Shown here piece by piece: positions 39,021 to 51,117 of a DNA stretch of 64,000 nt (its first letter is position 1; each line of letters begins with the position of its first letter). Under the pieces are notes generated by a model that saw only the letters and a list, made by a program, of their open reading frames with translations, ran no database searches and had not been told where the DNA came from. The stretch is taken from assembly GCA_963663165.1 (NCBI GenBank), contig OY760175.1:5952001-6016000 (forward strand), in the 5' to 3' direction. A program made the translations under genes and the position numbers. Source of the DNA: an uncultured Desulfospira sp. GTDB lineage: Bacteria > Desulfobacterota > Desulfobacteria > Desulfobacterales > Desulfobacteraceae.

Positions 39021-39077
39021 AAAATTTTATTAAAAGTGTATAGTGCATAAACGCAATCCTGACAGGAGAATAAAAAA

Positions 39078-39647
39078 ATGAGCCATAAACCATACAGCAA
39101 AGATGTGTGCCCCCCTTCCCATTCATTTGCCCTGGATAATATTATCCGGCGCTGGTTCCAGAACCCGGGTAAAATAGTGGGAGAGTACATCCGTCCCGGG
39201 GACACGGTCATCGACTTAGGGTGCGGTCCTGGATTTTTCACCATGGACATGGCCAGGATGGTTGAGGATTCAGGCATGGTATATTCGGTGGACCTTCAAA
39301 CACAGATGCTGGAGAAAGTAAAGAAAAAAGCCCATAAGCTGGGCCTGGCAGACCGGATCCGGTTCCACGAATGTGCCGAAGATACCATTGGGCTGGACCC
39401 GGATGTCAAAGCCGACTTTATCCTGGCCTATTACATGGTTCATGAGGTGCCGGACCCGGTGTCCTTTCTTGGGGAGGTCAAACAGCTGTTAAAAGCAGGG
39501 GGCCGGTTTCTTCTGGTGGAGCCCGTGTTTCATGTGAGCCGGGCCGCCTTTGAAGCCCTTGAGCAGACCGTCCGGACCCTTGGTTTTTCCGTACAGGAGA
39601 CCCCCGCCAAAAAGGGAGGCCGCTGCCTGCTGTTGTCTGCCGGTTAA
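39078..39647 (+). CDS. Class I SAM-dependent methyltransferase
   Basis: VIDLGCGPG motif; LKAGGRFLLVE. Confidence 0.88.
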   Translation: MSHKPYSKDVCPPSHSFALDNIIRRWFQNPGKIVGEYIRPGDTVIDLGCGPGFFTMDMARMVEDSGMVYSVDLQTQMLEKVKKKAHKLGLADRIRFHECAEDTIGLDPDVKADFILAYYMVHEVPDPVSFLGEVKQLLKAGGRFLLVEPVFHVSRAAFEALEQTVRTLGFSVQETPAKKGGRCLLLSAG

Positions 39648-40303
39648 TCCATATATTCCCCCATGAGCAGCCGGTTTTTGGGGGTGATGGTTCCGGGAAT
39701 TTTCTGGGTAAAAATCCGGTATCCGTTTTGCCGGAGCCGGAAGGCCCGGACCGCATCCACGGCAAGGGATGTGCCCATCCAGCCGTCAAGGGACCCGGTA
39801 TCTGACCTGGCGGCATCATGGCAGCAGGGCATGACCGCCACCCTTGCCCGGCCCTTTACGGCCTTGTCAATTACCAGGTCGGTAAGGTCACCGCAGGCAT
39901 GGGCGGAGACCACCAGATCTTCCGGAAAAATTTCAATCTCCTGAAGGGGCTGTTCCAGGTAATGGACCCGGTGTTTCAGCCGGGGCCAGGTGTCGGTCAG
40001 CATTTCAGACAGTGCTGCGGCATTGGAAGGGATGTGGCGGTCAACGGCAAGGGCGGTCTGGGAAGAATCGTCCAGGATCAGCAGAATATGGGCCAGAAGC
40101 CCGTGGCCGCAGGCCAGGTCCAGGACTCGGCCGCCCCGGAATTTTCGCCTTACCCGCCGGGCCAGTTCCCAGGATTCGTACAGTTCTTTTCTGGGCAGGG
40201 TCCCGGCCCGGCACACGGCCCGGGCAATTTTATGGAACAGGCTGTTGCCAGGAAACAGGTCCTGCTGCCCGGGAGTCAGCCGGTTTTTGGATGATTTTTT
40301 CAA
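39644..40303 (-). CDS. Putative SAM-dependent methyltransferase
   Basis: VLDLACGHG, HACGDLTD, PCCH, TPKNR motifs. Confidence 0.8.
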   Translation of the reverse strand: MKKSSKNRLTPGQQDLFPGNSLFHKIARAVCRAGTLPRKELYESWELARRVRRKFRGGRVLDLACGHGLLAHILLILDDSSQTALAVDRHIPSNAAALSEMLTDTWPRLKHRVHYLEQPLQEIEIFPEDLVVSAHACGDLTDLVIDKAVKGRARVAVMPCCHDAARSDTGSLDGWMGTSLAVDAVRAFRLRQNGYRIFTQKIPGTITPKNRLLMGEYMD

Positions 40304-40321
40304 GAAACCAGGGGCGGGATT

Positions 40322-41302
40322 CTAAGATCCAAAGATGATTTTCCGGATGACATGGGCCAGTTTCAAGGGGTCATGCCGGATGATGAAGCCGTTTTCATCT
40401 AAAAGGTCTGAGATCAGAACGTTCCGGCCTTCCCAGCAGGGGTCTGTTTCATCCACCTGGACAAAATCGGATTTTTGTTCATGGTAGATGGAAAGGACAT
40501 TGGGGCCGGGTTTGTTGTTATTGCCGATGACCCCGTCCACCTGCCGGTCTAAGCGGTCTTCAAGCCCGGAAACAAAATCCTTGCCTGAAAAGTTATGGGT
40601 TTCACCGAATTTGGTCATGATGTTGATGATGTAATAAATCTTTGCGCGGGTCAGGCGGAGGGCTTCTTTGACCCCGGGAACCAGTAGGTTGGGGATAATG
40701 CTGGTAAACAGGTCGCCGGGGCCGATGAAAATATAATCGGCATTTTCGATGGCGTCCAGGACCGGGGGGAAAACGGAAATGGTGTCATGGTGGTGGGGAA
40801 CCAGAAAGACATCTTTTATCTGTTCTCTCTGGGTGCCCCGGGGAAGATCGATGGCCTCTTCTCCGTAAATCCGGCTGCCGTCGGTCAGTTCGGCCACAAG
40901 GGTGGCCCGGTCAATGGTGACCGGCAGGATGGTGCCCTCCACTTCAAGGATTTCCGCAAGGGCGGCCACCCCGGTGGGAAAATTTCCCGTGTACCTGGAC
41001 AGCATGGTCAAGAGCATGTTCCCGGCGGTATGTCCGGCCAGACGCCGGTCTTTCTTAAACCGTTTGAGCAAAATAGAGCGGCAGGCCTGCTGATAAGGGG
41101 ACAGGGCCAGGATACATTTTAGAATATCCCCGGGCGGCAGGATCCCGAGTTCATCCCTGAGCCGACCAGTGCTGCCCCCGGAGTCCACCATGGACACCAC
41201 GGCCGTGGTATGGGTGTCTTCCAAATCCCTTAATCCTGACAGCAGCACAAACTGGCCGCTGCCTCCGCCAATCGTAACGATCTGTTTATTTTGTTCTTTC
41301 AT
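40322..41302 (-). CDS. YvcK/GlmR (CofD-like) family protein
   Basis: IGGGSG, DSGGSTGRLR...PPGD, GHTAGN, GPGDLFTSIIPNL, RHDP. Confidence 0.9.
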   Translation of the reverse strand: MKEQNKQIVTIGGGSGQFVLLSGLRDLEDTHTTAVVSMVDSGGSTGRLRDELGILPPGDILKCILALSPYQQACRSILLKRFKKDRRLAGHTAGNMLLTMLSRYTGNFPTGVAALAEILEVEGTILPVTIDRATLVAELTDGSRIYGEEAIDLPRGTQREQIKDVFLVPHHHDTISVFPPVLDAIENADYIFIGPGDLFTSIIPNLLVPGVKEALRLTRAKIYYIINIMTKFGETHNFSGKDFVSGLEDRLDRQVDGVIGNNNKPGPNVLSIYHEQKSDFVQVDETDPCWEGRNVLISDLLDENGFIIRHDPLKLAHVIRKIIFGS

Positions 41303-41374
41303 GAAGAATCCTGTATTGGGTATAAACCGGCTTACCGGATAAGCCTATATCAGATCAGAAGGCAAATGTAACCT

Positions 41375-41422
41375 AAAAAAACCGCCCGGCCCGGGAAAAA
41401 TCCCGGGCCGGGCAGTTTTTTT
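41375..41422. terminator. Bidirectional intrinsic terminator downstream of ackA
   Basis: A-run, gcccggcccggga...tcccgggccgggc, T-run. Confidence 0.75.
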
Positions 41423-41528
41423 TAGGTGATTAGGCTGAAGGCTGAAGACGGTTAGGTTGAAAGGAAGGCAGACCAATTAATGGCGCTTCCTTTTGCCCTT
41501 CAGCCTAAACTCCTCCAGCCTAAATCCC

Positions 41529-42737
41529 TCAGGCCGCTGTCAGTTTTTTGCAGGCCATGGCAATTTCAAGTTCTTCGTTGGTGGGGACTACCCAGACCTG
41601 TACCGGGCTGTCTTCTGTGGAGATCTGGGCCTCTTTGCCGCGCAGACCGGCATTGGCCTGCCGGTCTATGACAATGCCCAGGGATTCCAGGCCTTCCAGG
41701 CTTTTGGCCCGGGCCACCGGATCATTTTCCCCGATACCGGCGGTAAAGGCAATGGCGTCCAGGCGGCCTAAGACCGCATAATAGGCCCCGATATATTTTT
41801 TGATCCCGTGGCAGAGCATGTCAAGGGCAAGCCTGGCCCGGTCATCCCCTTTTTCAATGGCCGAGTGGATGTCCCGCATGTCGTTCATGCCGCAAATGCC
41901 CATAAGTCCGCTTTCCCGGTCCAGAACCGATTGAACTTCCGTTATGGATCTGCCGGTCACATCGGTCAGGTAGGAGGGCAGGGCAGGGTCGATATCACCG
42001 CACCTTGTTCCCATGATCAGGCCGGCTGTGGGGGTCATGCCCATGGAGGTTTCCTTGCAGGTCCCGCCAGCCACGGCGGTCATGGAACTGCCGTTGCCCA
42101 GGTGGCAGACAATGTTGTTCATTTTGGCAGGGTCCAGTCGGGCCAGCTGTGCCAGGCGCCGTGTCACGAACCGGTGGGACGTGCCGTGGTAGCCGTAGCG
42201 GCGGACCTTGTGATCGGTATAATAGGCTTCTGGGACGGCATACCGGAAGGCATAATCGGGCAGGTCCTTGGCAAACTGAGTGTCAAACACCGCCACGGAA
42301 GGGACGGCAGGAAACAGTTTCAAGGCCGCCTTGATTCCGTCCAGGTTGGCCGGGTTGTGCAGGGGGGCCAGGACACTGTTTTCCTTGATGCCTTCAATAA
42401 CGGTATTGTCCACGATGCAGTTTTCCTTGAAGGTTTCTCCGCCCTGAACCACCCGGTGGCCAATGGCCTGAAGTTCCGAAGGGTTTTTAATCAAGGGGCT
42501 TTCTCCTTCCAGGAGCAGATGGGAGACCTTTTCAATGGCCTGGTCGTGATTTTCAAAGGCCTGGTTAATTTGGATTTTTTCTTTGTTGTCCGATTCCGGG
42601 TTCAGGGTATGGGTCAAGGTGGCATCAGGGCTGCCGATCCGTTCCACAAGGCCCGAACAGATGGCCCGGGTATCGGTCATATCAAATAGTTTATATTTCA
42701 GGGATGACGACCCTGAATTAATTACCAAAACTTTCAT
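41529..42737 (-). CDS. ackA: Acetate kinase
   Basis: VINSGSSSLKY, GHRVVQGG, APLHNP, RRYGYHGTSH, HLGNGSS, FTAGIGEN, PTNEE. Confidence 0.96.
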   Translation of the reverse strand: MKVLVINSGSSSLKYKLFDMTDTRAICSGLVERIGSPDATLTHTLNPESDNKEKIQINQAFENHDQAIEKVSHLLLEGESPLIKNPSELQAIGHRVVQGGETFKENCIVDNTVIEGIKENSVLAPLHNPANLDGIKAALKLFPAVPSVAVFDTQFAKDLPDYAFRYAVPEAYYTDHKVRRYGYHGTSHRFVTRRLAQLARLDPAKMNNIVCHLGNGSSMTAVAGGTCKETSMGMTPTAGLIMGTRCGDIDPALPSYLTDVTGRSITEVQSVLDRESGLMGICGMNDMRDIHSAIEKGDDRARLALDMLCHGIKKYIGAYYAVLGRLDAIAFTAGIGENDPVARAKSLEGLESLGIVIDRQANAGLRGKEAQISTEDSPVQVWVVPTNEELEIAMACKKLTAA

Positions 42738-43143
42738 TTTTCATCTTTCTAAATATGGTTAATTTTTAAGCAGGTTCCTCCCACAGGAGCGGGGATTCTA
42801 TGTCCTTGGCAGACTGGGGACCGCGTCGTTAGGGCGCCGGCGTCAAAGGAGCCTGGAAACACACCAAATATCCTCTCAGACAAGAACCGATTTATCAAGT
42901 GTTTTTTGCGTTTGGATTGGCTGGCGCAAGTTCCCTGTCCGGCTTTTTTTAGTTGACAACAGGCAAAATCCTGTCTTACAACAACGGTAACCCAATGTTA
43001 AAAGGTGTTTGGGATATTTAATTTATCGTAATCCAGGGCTTTCACGTCTTGTTTGGGTCGGTCTATTCGGGTTCCGCTAAGATTTTCGGCACTATATATA
43101 AACATCGTCTTTAACCGATTAACCGCATAAAGTACGAAAAAAA

Positions 43144-46100
43144 ATGATCACTCGGATAAGAAAATTCAAACAACATATGTGGCAGACCATTGCCACCCGC
43201 TTGTTCATATGGGTTTGTTCCATTTATCTTGTGGTTTCCTTGTTTGCCACGGCCTGTTATCTGGCCGGGGTATACTCCAATGCCCAGAAAAACATCATCG
43301 CCGAAATGGAGGCGATCAACAACACCTTTTCCGACGGCATATCGCGGGCCCTCTGGATGATCAGCCCTGGCCAGCTGAGGGCCCAGGTAAAAGGGATCCC
43401 CAATATTCCCTTTATTGTCGGTGTCACCGTGGAATCGGATACGTCCCAGACGGTTTCCTACGGCCTTACACCGGATACAATCCCCGAAAAATCTGATACC
43501 TCAAGGACCATTGATCGGTTTTCCCGGCATTTCTCCCTGTTTCAGTATACGGCCCCCCTGATATATAAAGGGGATGGACAGGGGGATGCACAGGATACTG
43601 TTGTGGGCCGGATCACCTTTTATTCCGACCATGCAGCGGTCTGGCAGCGGGTTAAATACAGTTTTATTTCCATTATCGTTATTGTGCTGATCCTCATGGT
43701 TGCCCTGTTTCTGGTGTTTTTTAATGTCAGCCATGTCCTGTTGAGCCGCCCCCTTCACAAGCTGACAGAGGCGTGCCGGAAACTGGATATTAAGAATCTG
43801 GGCAACATCGCCGTTGACCTGGATATGTCAAGGTCCGACGAGTTGTCGGTTCTGGGCAGAACCTTTAACGCCATGGTGAAAAATCTTGACCAATCCAACC
43901 GGGAACTCAACGAGATTCATCAAAAGTATACGGCAAGGCTCGAACACCAGGTCGAAGAGCGGACCGCTGAACTTCAAAAAGCCAATGTGGAACTGGATAC
44001 CATTTTCCAGAACAGCCAGGTGGGCATGATGTTGATCCGGGGGGGACGGACCATAGTCCGGGCCAACCAGCGCCTTGCGGATATTTTCGGGTATGAGTCC
44101 GCCGATGAGATGATCGGATTTTCCACCCAGGGGGGGCACCTGTCTGAAATCCATTATCAGGATTTTGGCAACCGGTTTTATAACACCCTTAAACTCGGGG
44201 ATCAGATACAGGTGGAATACCAGTTCCGCCGGGCAGACCAGTCCATAATCTGGTGCCTGCTTTACGGCAAGGCCCTTGATACAGCCCATCCCCCGGACCT
44301 GAACAAAGGCGTTGTCTGGGTGGTGGATGATATCACCTCCCGGAAAATCATGGAGCAGGAGGTGATCCGGGAGCGGGAACGGGCGGAAGAGGCCAGAAAG
44401 GAAGCGGAAACGGCCAATCAGTATAAAAGCGATTTTCTGGCCAATATGAGCCATGAGATCAGAACGCCCATGAACGCCATTATCGGGATGACCTATCTGT
44501 TGAAACAAAAGGCCCTGACCCCTGAGCAGGCAGAGTATGTCCGGAAAATAGAAAGCTCGTCCAACGCCCTTTTACGGCTGATCAACGATATTCTGGATTT
44601 TTCGAAAATCGAAGCCGGCAAACTGGAAATAGAACAGGTAAAGTTTGACCTTCATACCGTTATTGAGAGTGTCACCAATTTATTGGAAATAAAGGCCGTG
44701 GAAAAGGGGCTTGATTTTATTGTCTCCTACGATCCCGGGCTGAACATGAACCGGTATGGCGATCCCTTGCGCATCGGGCAGATCTTGACCAATCTGGCCG
44801 GCAATTCCATCAAGTTCACGGAAAAAGGGGAGGTGGGGATTTATATCAGCTGGGCCCAAGAGGACCGGGTCCGGTTTGAGGTGCGGGACACGGGGATCGG
44901 CATGACCCCGGAACAGCAGGCAAAGCTGTTTCAATCCTTTTCCCAGGCCGATACCAGCACCACCCGGAAATACGGGGGAACCGGCCTGGGGCTGGCCATC
45001 TCAAGGCAGCTGGCCAGCATGATGGGCGGAGAAATCCAGGCCAAAAGCCAATTGGGCAAAGGCAGCACCTTTCTTTTTGAGCTGTCCCTTAAAGAACAGC
45101 AGGAAGTTAAGGTCCCGGAGCAGCTGTTCAAGAATAAGCGGGTGCTGATTGTGGAAGATACACCGTCATGGCAGGAGGTCCTTTCCCGGATGATCGGCCA
45201 TTATGGCATTGAGCCCGAAGTGGTGGGCACCGGGGAGGAAGCCCTGGCCCTCATGTCCCGTGCGGGCCAGGGCTTTGACCTGGTATTGATGGACTGGCTT
45301 TTGCCCGGCATGGACGGCATTGAAACCACCAAACGGATCAAAACAGACTGTGCCGTGCTGCCGGAAACCATCATCATGATATCGGCCTATGGGAAAGAGA
45401 CCATTGCCCGGGCCGCAAAGGCAGTGGGCATTGATATATTCCTTGAAAAGCCGGTGAATCCTTCGGTGTTGAATGATGTCCTCATTGAAACCTTTGGTGA
45501 GGGCGTAAAAACCGATAAACACTGGCTGCTCAGTGCATCTTCCTTAAAAGATGAGATCACATCCCTTAAGGGGAGCACCATTCTCCTGGTGGAAGACAAT
45601 GCCATGAACCGGGAAATTATTCACGGCATGCTCGACCACAGCGGTCTCCATATTGAGGATGCCGAGGATGGGCGAAAAGGGGTCGAGGTGTATCAGGCAG
45701 ATCCTGACCGGTACGAATTGATCCTGATGGATATTCAGATGCCTGAAATGGACGGGTATGAGGCGACCCGAAGGATACGGATGCTGGATACAAAGATTCC
45801 CATTGTCGCCCTGACGGCCAACGCCATGACCCAGGATATTCGCCGTACCCAGCAGGCCGGGATGAACGAACATTTGAACAAGCCTGTTGATGTGGAAAAA
45901 CTGTTTACGGCCCTGCTGACCTATATTCCCAAAAAGTGTGAGCCGGTGATCAGCACGGAGTCACAGCGGCTTGAAGACTATGCCGCCCAATTCTCAGGAT
46001 TTAAATTTGTTGACACAGAATCAGGGCTTGGTAGAATCATGGGTGACACAAAGCTGTATATTAAACTCCTGAATGATTTTGTGGAACAATATGAAGATGC

Positions 46101-46563
46101 GGGGAACAGGCTGCCCGGTTTGATCGGAAAAGACCGGGGCGAGGCCCGGCGCCTGGTCCATACCATCAAAGGACTGTCTGCAGGCATCGGCGCGGGATCA
46201 CTTCACAAAGCCGCTGAGAAACTGGAGGCTGACTGGACCGACGAATTGATTTCGCAATTTGGCAGGCACCTGGCCGAAATCATAACGGACATTAAGGAAA
46301 ATATCCCTGTATCCGGCGATGAAACGGCACCGGCAGCGGCTAAGCAGCCCCTGGATCAGCAAACCCGCCGGGATTTAATAGGGCGTTTAATGGATGGGGT
46401 GAAACGAAAAAGGCCGCGGTTGATCCATCCGGTGATAGAAGAATTTGAAGCCTATGCGCTGTCCGGTGAAGACAGTCAAATGATGGCGGATCTCAAATCA
46501 TGGACCGGCAAGTATAAATTTAAAGAGGCCCTGGCCGTTCTGGAAGGATGTGACGATGAATGA
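43144..46563 (+). CDS. Hybrid sensor histidine kinase (TM-HAMP-PAS-HisKA-HATPase-REC-REC-Hpt)
   Basis: [16 protein letters not shown]1/F/G2 boxes, two receiver domains (MDW, MDIQMP), HTIKGLS Hpt. Confidence 0.93.
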   Translation: MITRIRKFKQHMWQTIATRLFIWVCSIYLVVSLFATACYLAGVYSNAQKNIIAEMEAINNTFSDGISRALWMISPGQLRAQVKGIPNIPFIVGVTVESDTSQTVSYGLTPDTIPEKSDTSRTIDRFSRHFSLFQYTAPLIYKGDGQGDAQDTVVGRITFYSDHAAVWQRVKYSFISIIVIVLILMVALFLVFFNVSHVLLSRPLHKLTEACRKLDIKNLGNIAVDLDMSRSDELSVLGRTFNAMVKNLDQSNRELNEIHQKYTARLEHQVEERTAELQKANVELDTIFQNSQVGMMLIRGGRTIVRANQRLADIFGYESADEMIGFSTQGGHLSEIHYQDFGNRFYNTLKLGDQIQVEYQFRRADQSIIWCLLYGKALDTAHPPDLNKGVVWVVDDITSRKIMEQEVIRERERAEEARKEAETANQYKSDFLANMSHEIRTPMNAIIGMTYLLKQKALTPEQAEYVRKIESSSNALLRLINDILDFSKIEAGKLEIEQVKFDLHTVIESVTNLLEIKAVEKGLDFIVSYDPGLNMNRYGDPLRIGQILTNLAGNSIKFTEKGEVGIYISWAQEDRVRFEVRDTGIGMTPEQQAKLFQSFSQADTSTTRKYGGTGLGLAISRQLASMMGGEIQAKSQLGKGSTFLFELSLKEQQEVKVPEQLFKNKRVLIVEDTPSWQEVLSRMIGHYGIEPEVVGTGEEALALMSRAGQGFDLVLMDWLLPGMDGIETTKRIKTDCAVLPETIIMISAYGKETIARAAKAVGIDIFLEKPVNPSVLNDVLIETFGEGVKTDKHWLLSASSLKDEITSLKGSTILLVEDNAMNREIIHGMLDHSGLHIEDAEDGRKGVEVYQADPDRYELILMDIQMPEMDGYEATRRIRMLDTKIPIVALTANAMTQDIRRTQQAGMNEHLNKPVDVEKLFTALLTYIPKKCEPVISTESQRLEDYAAQFSGFKFVDTESGLGRIMGDTKLYIKLLNDFVEQYEDAGNRLPGLIGKDRGEARRLVHTIKGLSAGIGAGSLHKAAEKLEADWTDELISQFGRHLAEIITDIKENIPVSGDETAPAAAKQPLDQQTRRDLIGRLMDGVKRKRPRLIHPVIEEFEAYALSGEDSQMMADLKSWTGKYKFKEALAVLEGCDDE

Positions 46564-47449
46564 TGAAAAGAGTCAGAAAACCGTTCTGGTGGTAGATGAT
46601 ACAGAAAGCAATCTGGATATGGTTCTGGCAATTCTTCAGGATTATGATGTGATTCCGTGTACGTCGGGTGCAGACGCGCTGAGCATTATTAAGGAGGAAC
46701 CCGTCGACCTGGTCCTTTTGGATATTCTCATGCCTGAAATGGACGGGTATACGGTTTGCACCAGATTAAAATCCGATGTGTCAACCCAGGAGATCCCGAT
46801 TATCTTTATCACGGCCAAAACCGACGAGGAAAGCATTGAAAAGGCCTATGAACTGGGCGGGGCGGATTATGTGACCAAGCCCTTTAAACCCAAGGAGCTG
46901 CTGGCCAGGGTAAAGGTCCAGCTCAGGCTTCAGGACGTGATCCGGGAACTGGATTTCCTGGCCACACGGGATAATCTGACCGGCCTTTATAACCGGAGAA
47001 AGTTTTTTGAACTCGGGGAAGTGCTGTTTAATGACGCTACCGAAAATTTGTATGCCCTGATGATCGATATCGATCATTTCAAGAAGATCAACGATCAATA
47101 CGGGCACAGCGTGGGGGACATTGCCTTGAAAAAGGTGACGTCGGTGATTTCAGATATGGTGCCGCCAGATGCTGTGTTCGGCCGCCTGGGCGGCGAAGAG
47201 TTTGCCGTGCTGTTTTTGTCTGAAAACCATGACACCACCAAGGAGATAACGTCTAAAATTCTAAAGGCCGTTGCCGAGGCCACTATTCCCTTAAAAGACG
47301 GCGGCTCATTTTCCTGTACCATTTCCATCGGCGTGGCCTGTAAACAGGAAAGTACATCTTCCATAGACGGGCTGCTCAAAGATGCCGATATGACCCTTTA
47401 TGAAGCCAAGGAAAGCGGCCGGAACAAGAGCATCTTCCGGGAGCGTTAA
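46550..47449 (+). CDS. Response-regulator diguanylate cyclase (REC-GGDEF)
   Basis: LDILMP receiver; [31 protein letters not shown]. Confidence 0.93.
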   Translation: MTMNDEKSQKTVLVVDDTESNLDMVLAILQDYDVIPCTSGADALSIIKEEPVDLVLLDILMPEMDGYTVCTRLKSDVSTQEIPIIFITAKTDEESIEKAYELGGADYVTKPFKPKELLARVKVQLRLQDVIRELDFLATRDNLTGLYNRRKFFELGEVLFNDATENLYALMIDIDHFKKINDQYGHSVGDIALKKVTSVISDMVPPDAVFGRLGGEEFAVLFLSENHDTTKEITSKILKAVAEATIPLKDGGSFSCTISIGVACKQESTSSIDGLLKDADMTLYEAKESGRNKSIFRER

Positions 47450-47757
47450 GGGACCGGATTGAATATCTGTTCTTTCCCTGTGGCATAATAAACCACAGGC
47501 TGGTCTTTATCATCCACCACGGTTATGTTGACCATACTGCCTTCGGAAATGCCCTCTTCGGCGGGTTTGCCGGCCATGGACAGTTTCCATGCGTACCGCC
47601 AGGCCCTGACATCAGAGTCAAACAGTTTTTCTTCGGCAGTGGGCAGGACATCTGTTTCAAGCTTGCCGTCTTTCATCTGCTGGAACCGGACCTTGAATCC
47701 CCCGGGTTTGACGATCCAGCTGTTGTTAACCAATTCCTGTGCCTGGGAAAGTTTCAT
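47446..47757 (-). CDS. Hypothetical protein
   Basis: 103-aa ORF overlapping the mscS stop, with a GGAG RBS. Confidence 0.65.
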   Translation of the reverse strand: MKLSQAQELVNNSWIVKPGGFKVRFQQMKDGKLETDVLPTAEEKLFDSDVRAWRYAWKLSMAGKPAEEGISEGSMVNITVVDDKDQPVVYYATGKEQIFNPVP

Positions 47758-48602
47758 AATTCATCTCCTGGGGTTTCGTCCATAAAGGGGGGCGAAATTG
47801 AGCCGCCTTGTTTCCGGTCAAAATGGACATCCAGCTGGGGATAGGCAAACTGGATGCCTTCATGGTCAAACCGGAGTTTGATTTTTTCAAGCATTTCACA
47901 CCGGGTGGCCCAGTATTTGATGTTATCGACCCAGCAGCGGCCGCCCATCCTCACCCCGCTGGAATCCAGTTCCAATACATAGACCTTTGGCAGGGGTTTG
48001 ATTTTTATTCTGGCATCCGCTCTCATCAATGCTTCTAAGGTCTGTTTTGCCTTTAAGATATCCTGGTCGTAACGGATGGTAAAATCCAGTTTTATTCGCC
48101 GGGTCTGGGTAAAGTGGTAATTAATGACAATATCATCTAAAATCTGACGGTTGGGCACAAAAAATGTTTTTCCGTCAAAGGTCCTTAACCGGGTATTAAG
48201 AACCGTGGTGGCCTCCACTTTGCCTAAAAGATCGCCGATCATCACGGTATTGCCCACCTTGAAGGGCAGGGTTGGCAAAAGGGGACGAAACACCACGATA
48301 ATGCCGATAGCAGACAGGACCAGGATCATCATAAAGGTAATCAGGGGGCCCGGTTTGGCACCGATTTCCATGGCCGCCGCAGTAATGACTACCGATAAAA
48401 GAAAAATGCCCATACTGTTGGCGATAATGGAAATTATAGCGGGTTTTTGAGTGAATCGGCCCACCAGGTTTTTTAGCCCTTTGATGGCCCATTTGGTCAA
48501 AAAAAGGCCGGCGATCAGGATGGCCAGGGCCACTATCATTTCAAGGCCGTGGTTCTGCATCAACTGCCCCATTTCCCTGTATCGAGCAAAGCGATCTTCC
48601 AT
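47754..48602 (-). CDS. Small-conductance mechanosensitive channel (MscS family)
   Basis: Three TM helices; PFKVG..V.IG...GKV, T.DGK..FVPN, GIQFAYPQLDVH. Confidence 0.88.
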   Translation of the reverse strand: MEDRFARYREMGQLMQNHGLEMIVALAILIAGLFLTKWAIKGLKNLVGRFTQKPAIISIIANSMGIFLLSVVITAAAMEIGAKPGPLITFMMILVLSAIGIIVVFRPLLPTLPFKVGNTVMIGDLLGKVEATTVLNTRLRTFDGKTFFVPNRQILDDIVINYHFTQTRRIKLDFTIRYDQDILKAKQTLEALMRADARIKIKPLPKVYVLELDSSGVRMGGRCWVDNIKYWATRCEMLEKIKLRFDHEGIQFAYPQLDVHFDRKQGGSISPPFMDETPGDEL

Positions 48603-48818
48603 TGGTTATCCTAAATTTAAATTCCGGGTTGGTTTGGGTGTCTATGGATTAATGTCCTATAAGGCAATCCCGGCTGAGTGTCAAGAAAAACACAGCAGGA
48701 ATTTACTGTGGGTGATGTTGCAGTCCCGGAGTTGGAAAAATATGGTGGTTACCGGTCATGGCGGGAAAGAGGCTGAAGGATAAAGGATATCCTGAATACC
48801 TTCAGCCTTAAAAAAAGT

Positions 48819-50288
48819 TTACAGCTGTTTCATGGCGCTCATGTAGGACCGGAGTTTTTTGCCCACCGTTTCCACGCTGGTGGAACGGATGGCCTCGTTG
48901 ACCTGGATGAGCCGGACATTGTCCACGCCGGTGTCTTTGGAATTCAGGCCCTTGCCGATCACATCGGTATCAATGCCTTTCATAAAGGCTTCAAGCAGCG
49001 GCACGGCCTTGTGGGAGAACAGGTAGCAGCCGTATTCCGCCGTATCTGAAATGACCACGTTCATTTCGTAGAGTTTTTTCCGGGCAATGAGATTGGAAAT
49101 CAGGGGCACTTCATGGAGGGATTCGTAATAGGCGGATTCTTCAATGATGCCGGCCGCCACCATGGTGTCGTAGGCCAGTTCCACGCCGGCCTTTATCATG
49201 GCCACCATCAGAATGCCGTTGTCAAAATATTCCTGTTCCGGGATATCCATATCACCGGACTCGGACGTCTCAAAGGCCGTTTTAGCCGTTTCAGCCCGCC
49301 ATCTGAGCAGGTCGGCGTCATCATTGGCCCAGTCTTCCATCATGGTTTTGGAGAAATGGCCGCTCATGATGTCGTCCATGTGCTTGTTGAACAGCGGGGC
49401 CAGGATCTCCTTGAGCTGTTCGCAAAGGTCAAAGGCCCGGATCTTGGCCGGGTTGGACAGCCGGTCCATCATATTGGTGATGCCGCCGTGTTTCAGGGCC
49501 TCGGTAATGGTTTCCCACCCGTACTGGACCAGTTTGGAGGCGTACCCTGCTTCCACGCCTTTTTCAATCATTTTATCATAGCAGAGCAAAGAGCCCATCT
49601 GGAGAACCCCGCAAAGGATGGTCTGCTCGCCCATGAGGTCGGATTTCACTTCAGCCACAAAAGAAGACTTCAGCACCCCGGCCCGGTGTCCGCCGGTCCC
49701 GGCGGCGTAGGCTTTGGCCATTTCCCAGCCCTTGCCTTCCGGGTCGTTTTCCCGGTGAACGGCAATGAGGGTGGGAACCCCGAACCCTCTTTTGTACTCT
49801 TCTCTGACCTCTGTCCCCGGGGACTTGGGGGCCACCATGATCACGGTAAGGTCTTTTCTGATCTGCATGCCCTCTTCAACAATGTTGAAGCCATGGGAAT
49901 AGGACAGGCATGCCCCCTGTTTCATCAGCGGCATGACACTCTCAATTACATTTGTGTGCTGTTTATCCGGGGTCAGGTTGATGACCAGGTCCGCCTGGGG
50001 CAGCATGGTCTTGTAAGTATCAACGGTAAAGCCGTTCTCGCTGGCATTTTTGAAGGACTGCCGTTTTTCCTTTATGGCCGATTCTCTCAATGCATATGAC
50101 ACATCAAGGCCCGAGTCCCTGAGATTGAGTCCCTGGTGAAGTCCCTGGGCCCCGCAGCCGACAATAACGATTTTTTTGCCTTTCAGGGCCTCAACACCGT
50201 TGAATTCTGACTGGTCCATGAAACGGCACTGGGAAAGTTCTTCAAGCTGAAGTCTCAGGGGCAGGGTATTAAAATAATTGTTGCCCAT
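48819..50288 (-). CDS. ilvC: Ketol-acid reductoisomerase (long, class II)
   Basis: [49 protein letters not shown]. Confidence 0.96.
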   Translation of the reverse strand: MGNNYFNTLPLRLQLEELSQCRFMDQSEFNGVEALKGKKIVIVGCGAQGLHQGLNLRDSGLDVSYALRESAIKEKRQSFKNASENGFTVDTYKTMLPQADLVINLTPDKQHTNVIESVMPLMKQGACLSYSHGFNIVEEGMQIRKDLTVIMVAPKSPGTEVREEYKRGFGVPTLIAVHRENDPEGKGWEMAKAYAAGTGGHRAGVLKSSFVAEVKSDLMGEQTILCGVLQMGSLLCYDKMIEKGVEAGYASKLVQYGWETITEALKHGGITNMMDRLSNPAKIRAFDLCEQLKEILAPLFNKHMDDIMSGHFSKTMMEDWANDDADLLRWRAETAKTAFETSESGDMDIPEQEYFDNGILMVAMIKAGVELAYDTMVAAGIIEESAYYESLHEVPLISNLIARKKLYEMNVVISDTAEYGCYLFSHKAVPLLEAFMKGIDTDVIGKGLNSKDTGVDNVRLIQVNEAIRSTSVETVGKKLRSYMSAMKQL

Positions 50289-50528
50289 GATGAATGGTCT
50301 CCTTTAATTTTGCTGTACCATGAACAATGGCGGGAGGTTTTTTCCCTTTAACAATGACCCGGATTCATGGCAGGTTCAAAAATAATACCGGATATTTCTC
50401 CAAATATCCGGGTGCACTAACATGGCCGATTTTTGCCGCTTCGTCAAATATTTTTTGTTATCTGCATTATCATATGCCAGGACCTGTGCCTCAAAAAAAC
50501 GGGTTGTCCGGATCCTGAAAATTTTTAT

Positions 50529-50618
50529 ATGAAAGACTCAGCAACCTTTTGAGTTCTTGCAATATTTGTTGTGGGCGGTTCTGGGTTGGATAACCAGGGC
50601 GGCCCGTGGCCGTTTTAT
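50529..50618. repeat. 90-bp structured dispersed repeat, copy C (diverged)
   Basis: atgaaagactcagcaacc...gtgggcggttctgggttggataaccagggcggcccgtggccgtt. Confidence 0.85.
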
Positions 50619-50704
50619 AAGAAACTGGAGACAAGAAACAAGAGACAAGAGGGCGAAGCACCTGCGGTGCCCAATTTATAGTCTACCGTTGCTGGTATCT
50701 TCAG

Positions 50705-50763
50705 TTTCATTATTTGTTGTGGGCGGTTCTGGGTTGGATAACCAAGACGGCCCGTGGCCGTTA
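50705..50763. repeat. 90-bp repeat, partial copy D
   Basis: tttcattatttgttgtgggcggttctgggttggataaccaagacggcccgtggccgtta. Confidence 0.85.
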
Positions 50764-51117
50764 GTTGGCACCAAGCCCATAACGGGCCCCATTGGTCCGT
50801 TCTTTCTTAACACCGATCCGGGGCCTGATTATCAATGCCCCCCAAACGCCTTTAAATTCGTATGTTTTTGAGAGGTTGACCCCTTCACTGGCCCTGCCGG
50901 CTTTTTCCCTTCCGCATATCGACAATGGTGATGGCGTTGCATTCATCGGAATATGTTTAAATGCATATGGCATAAGAGAACCAGAGAATCTGTAAAAGCG
51001 GTATTCGGTGAGACCGGAGACAAAGCTCTGCTTGACAGGGGAATATGGATTCGGTTAAGGGTGCCCTGAACAGAATTTGCATTTTATTGACAGGATTTTA
51101 ACCCATAGGATAATCAA

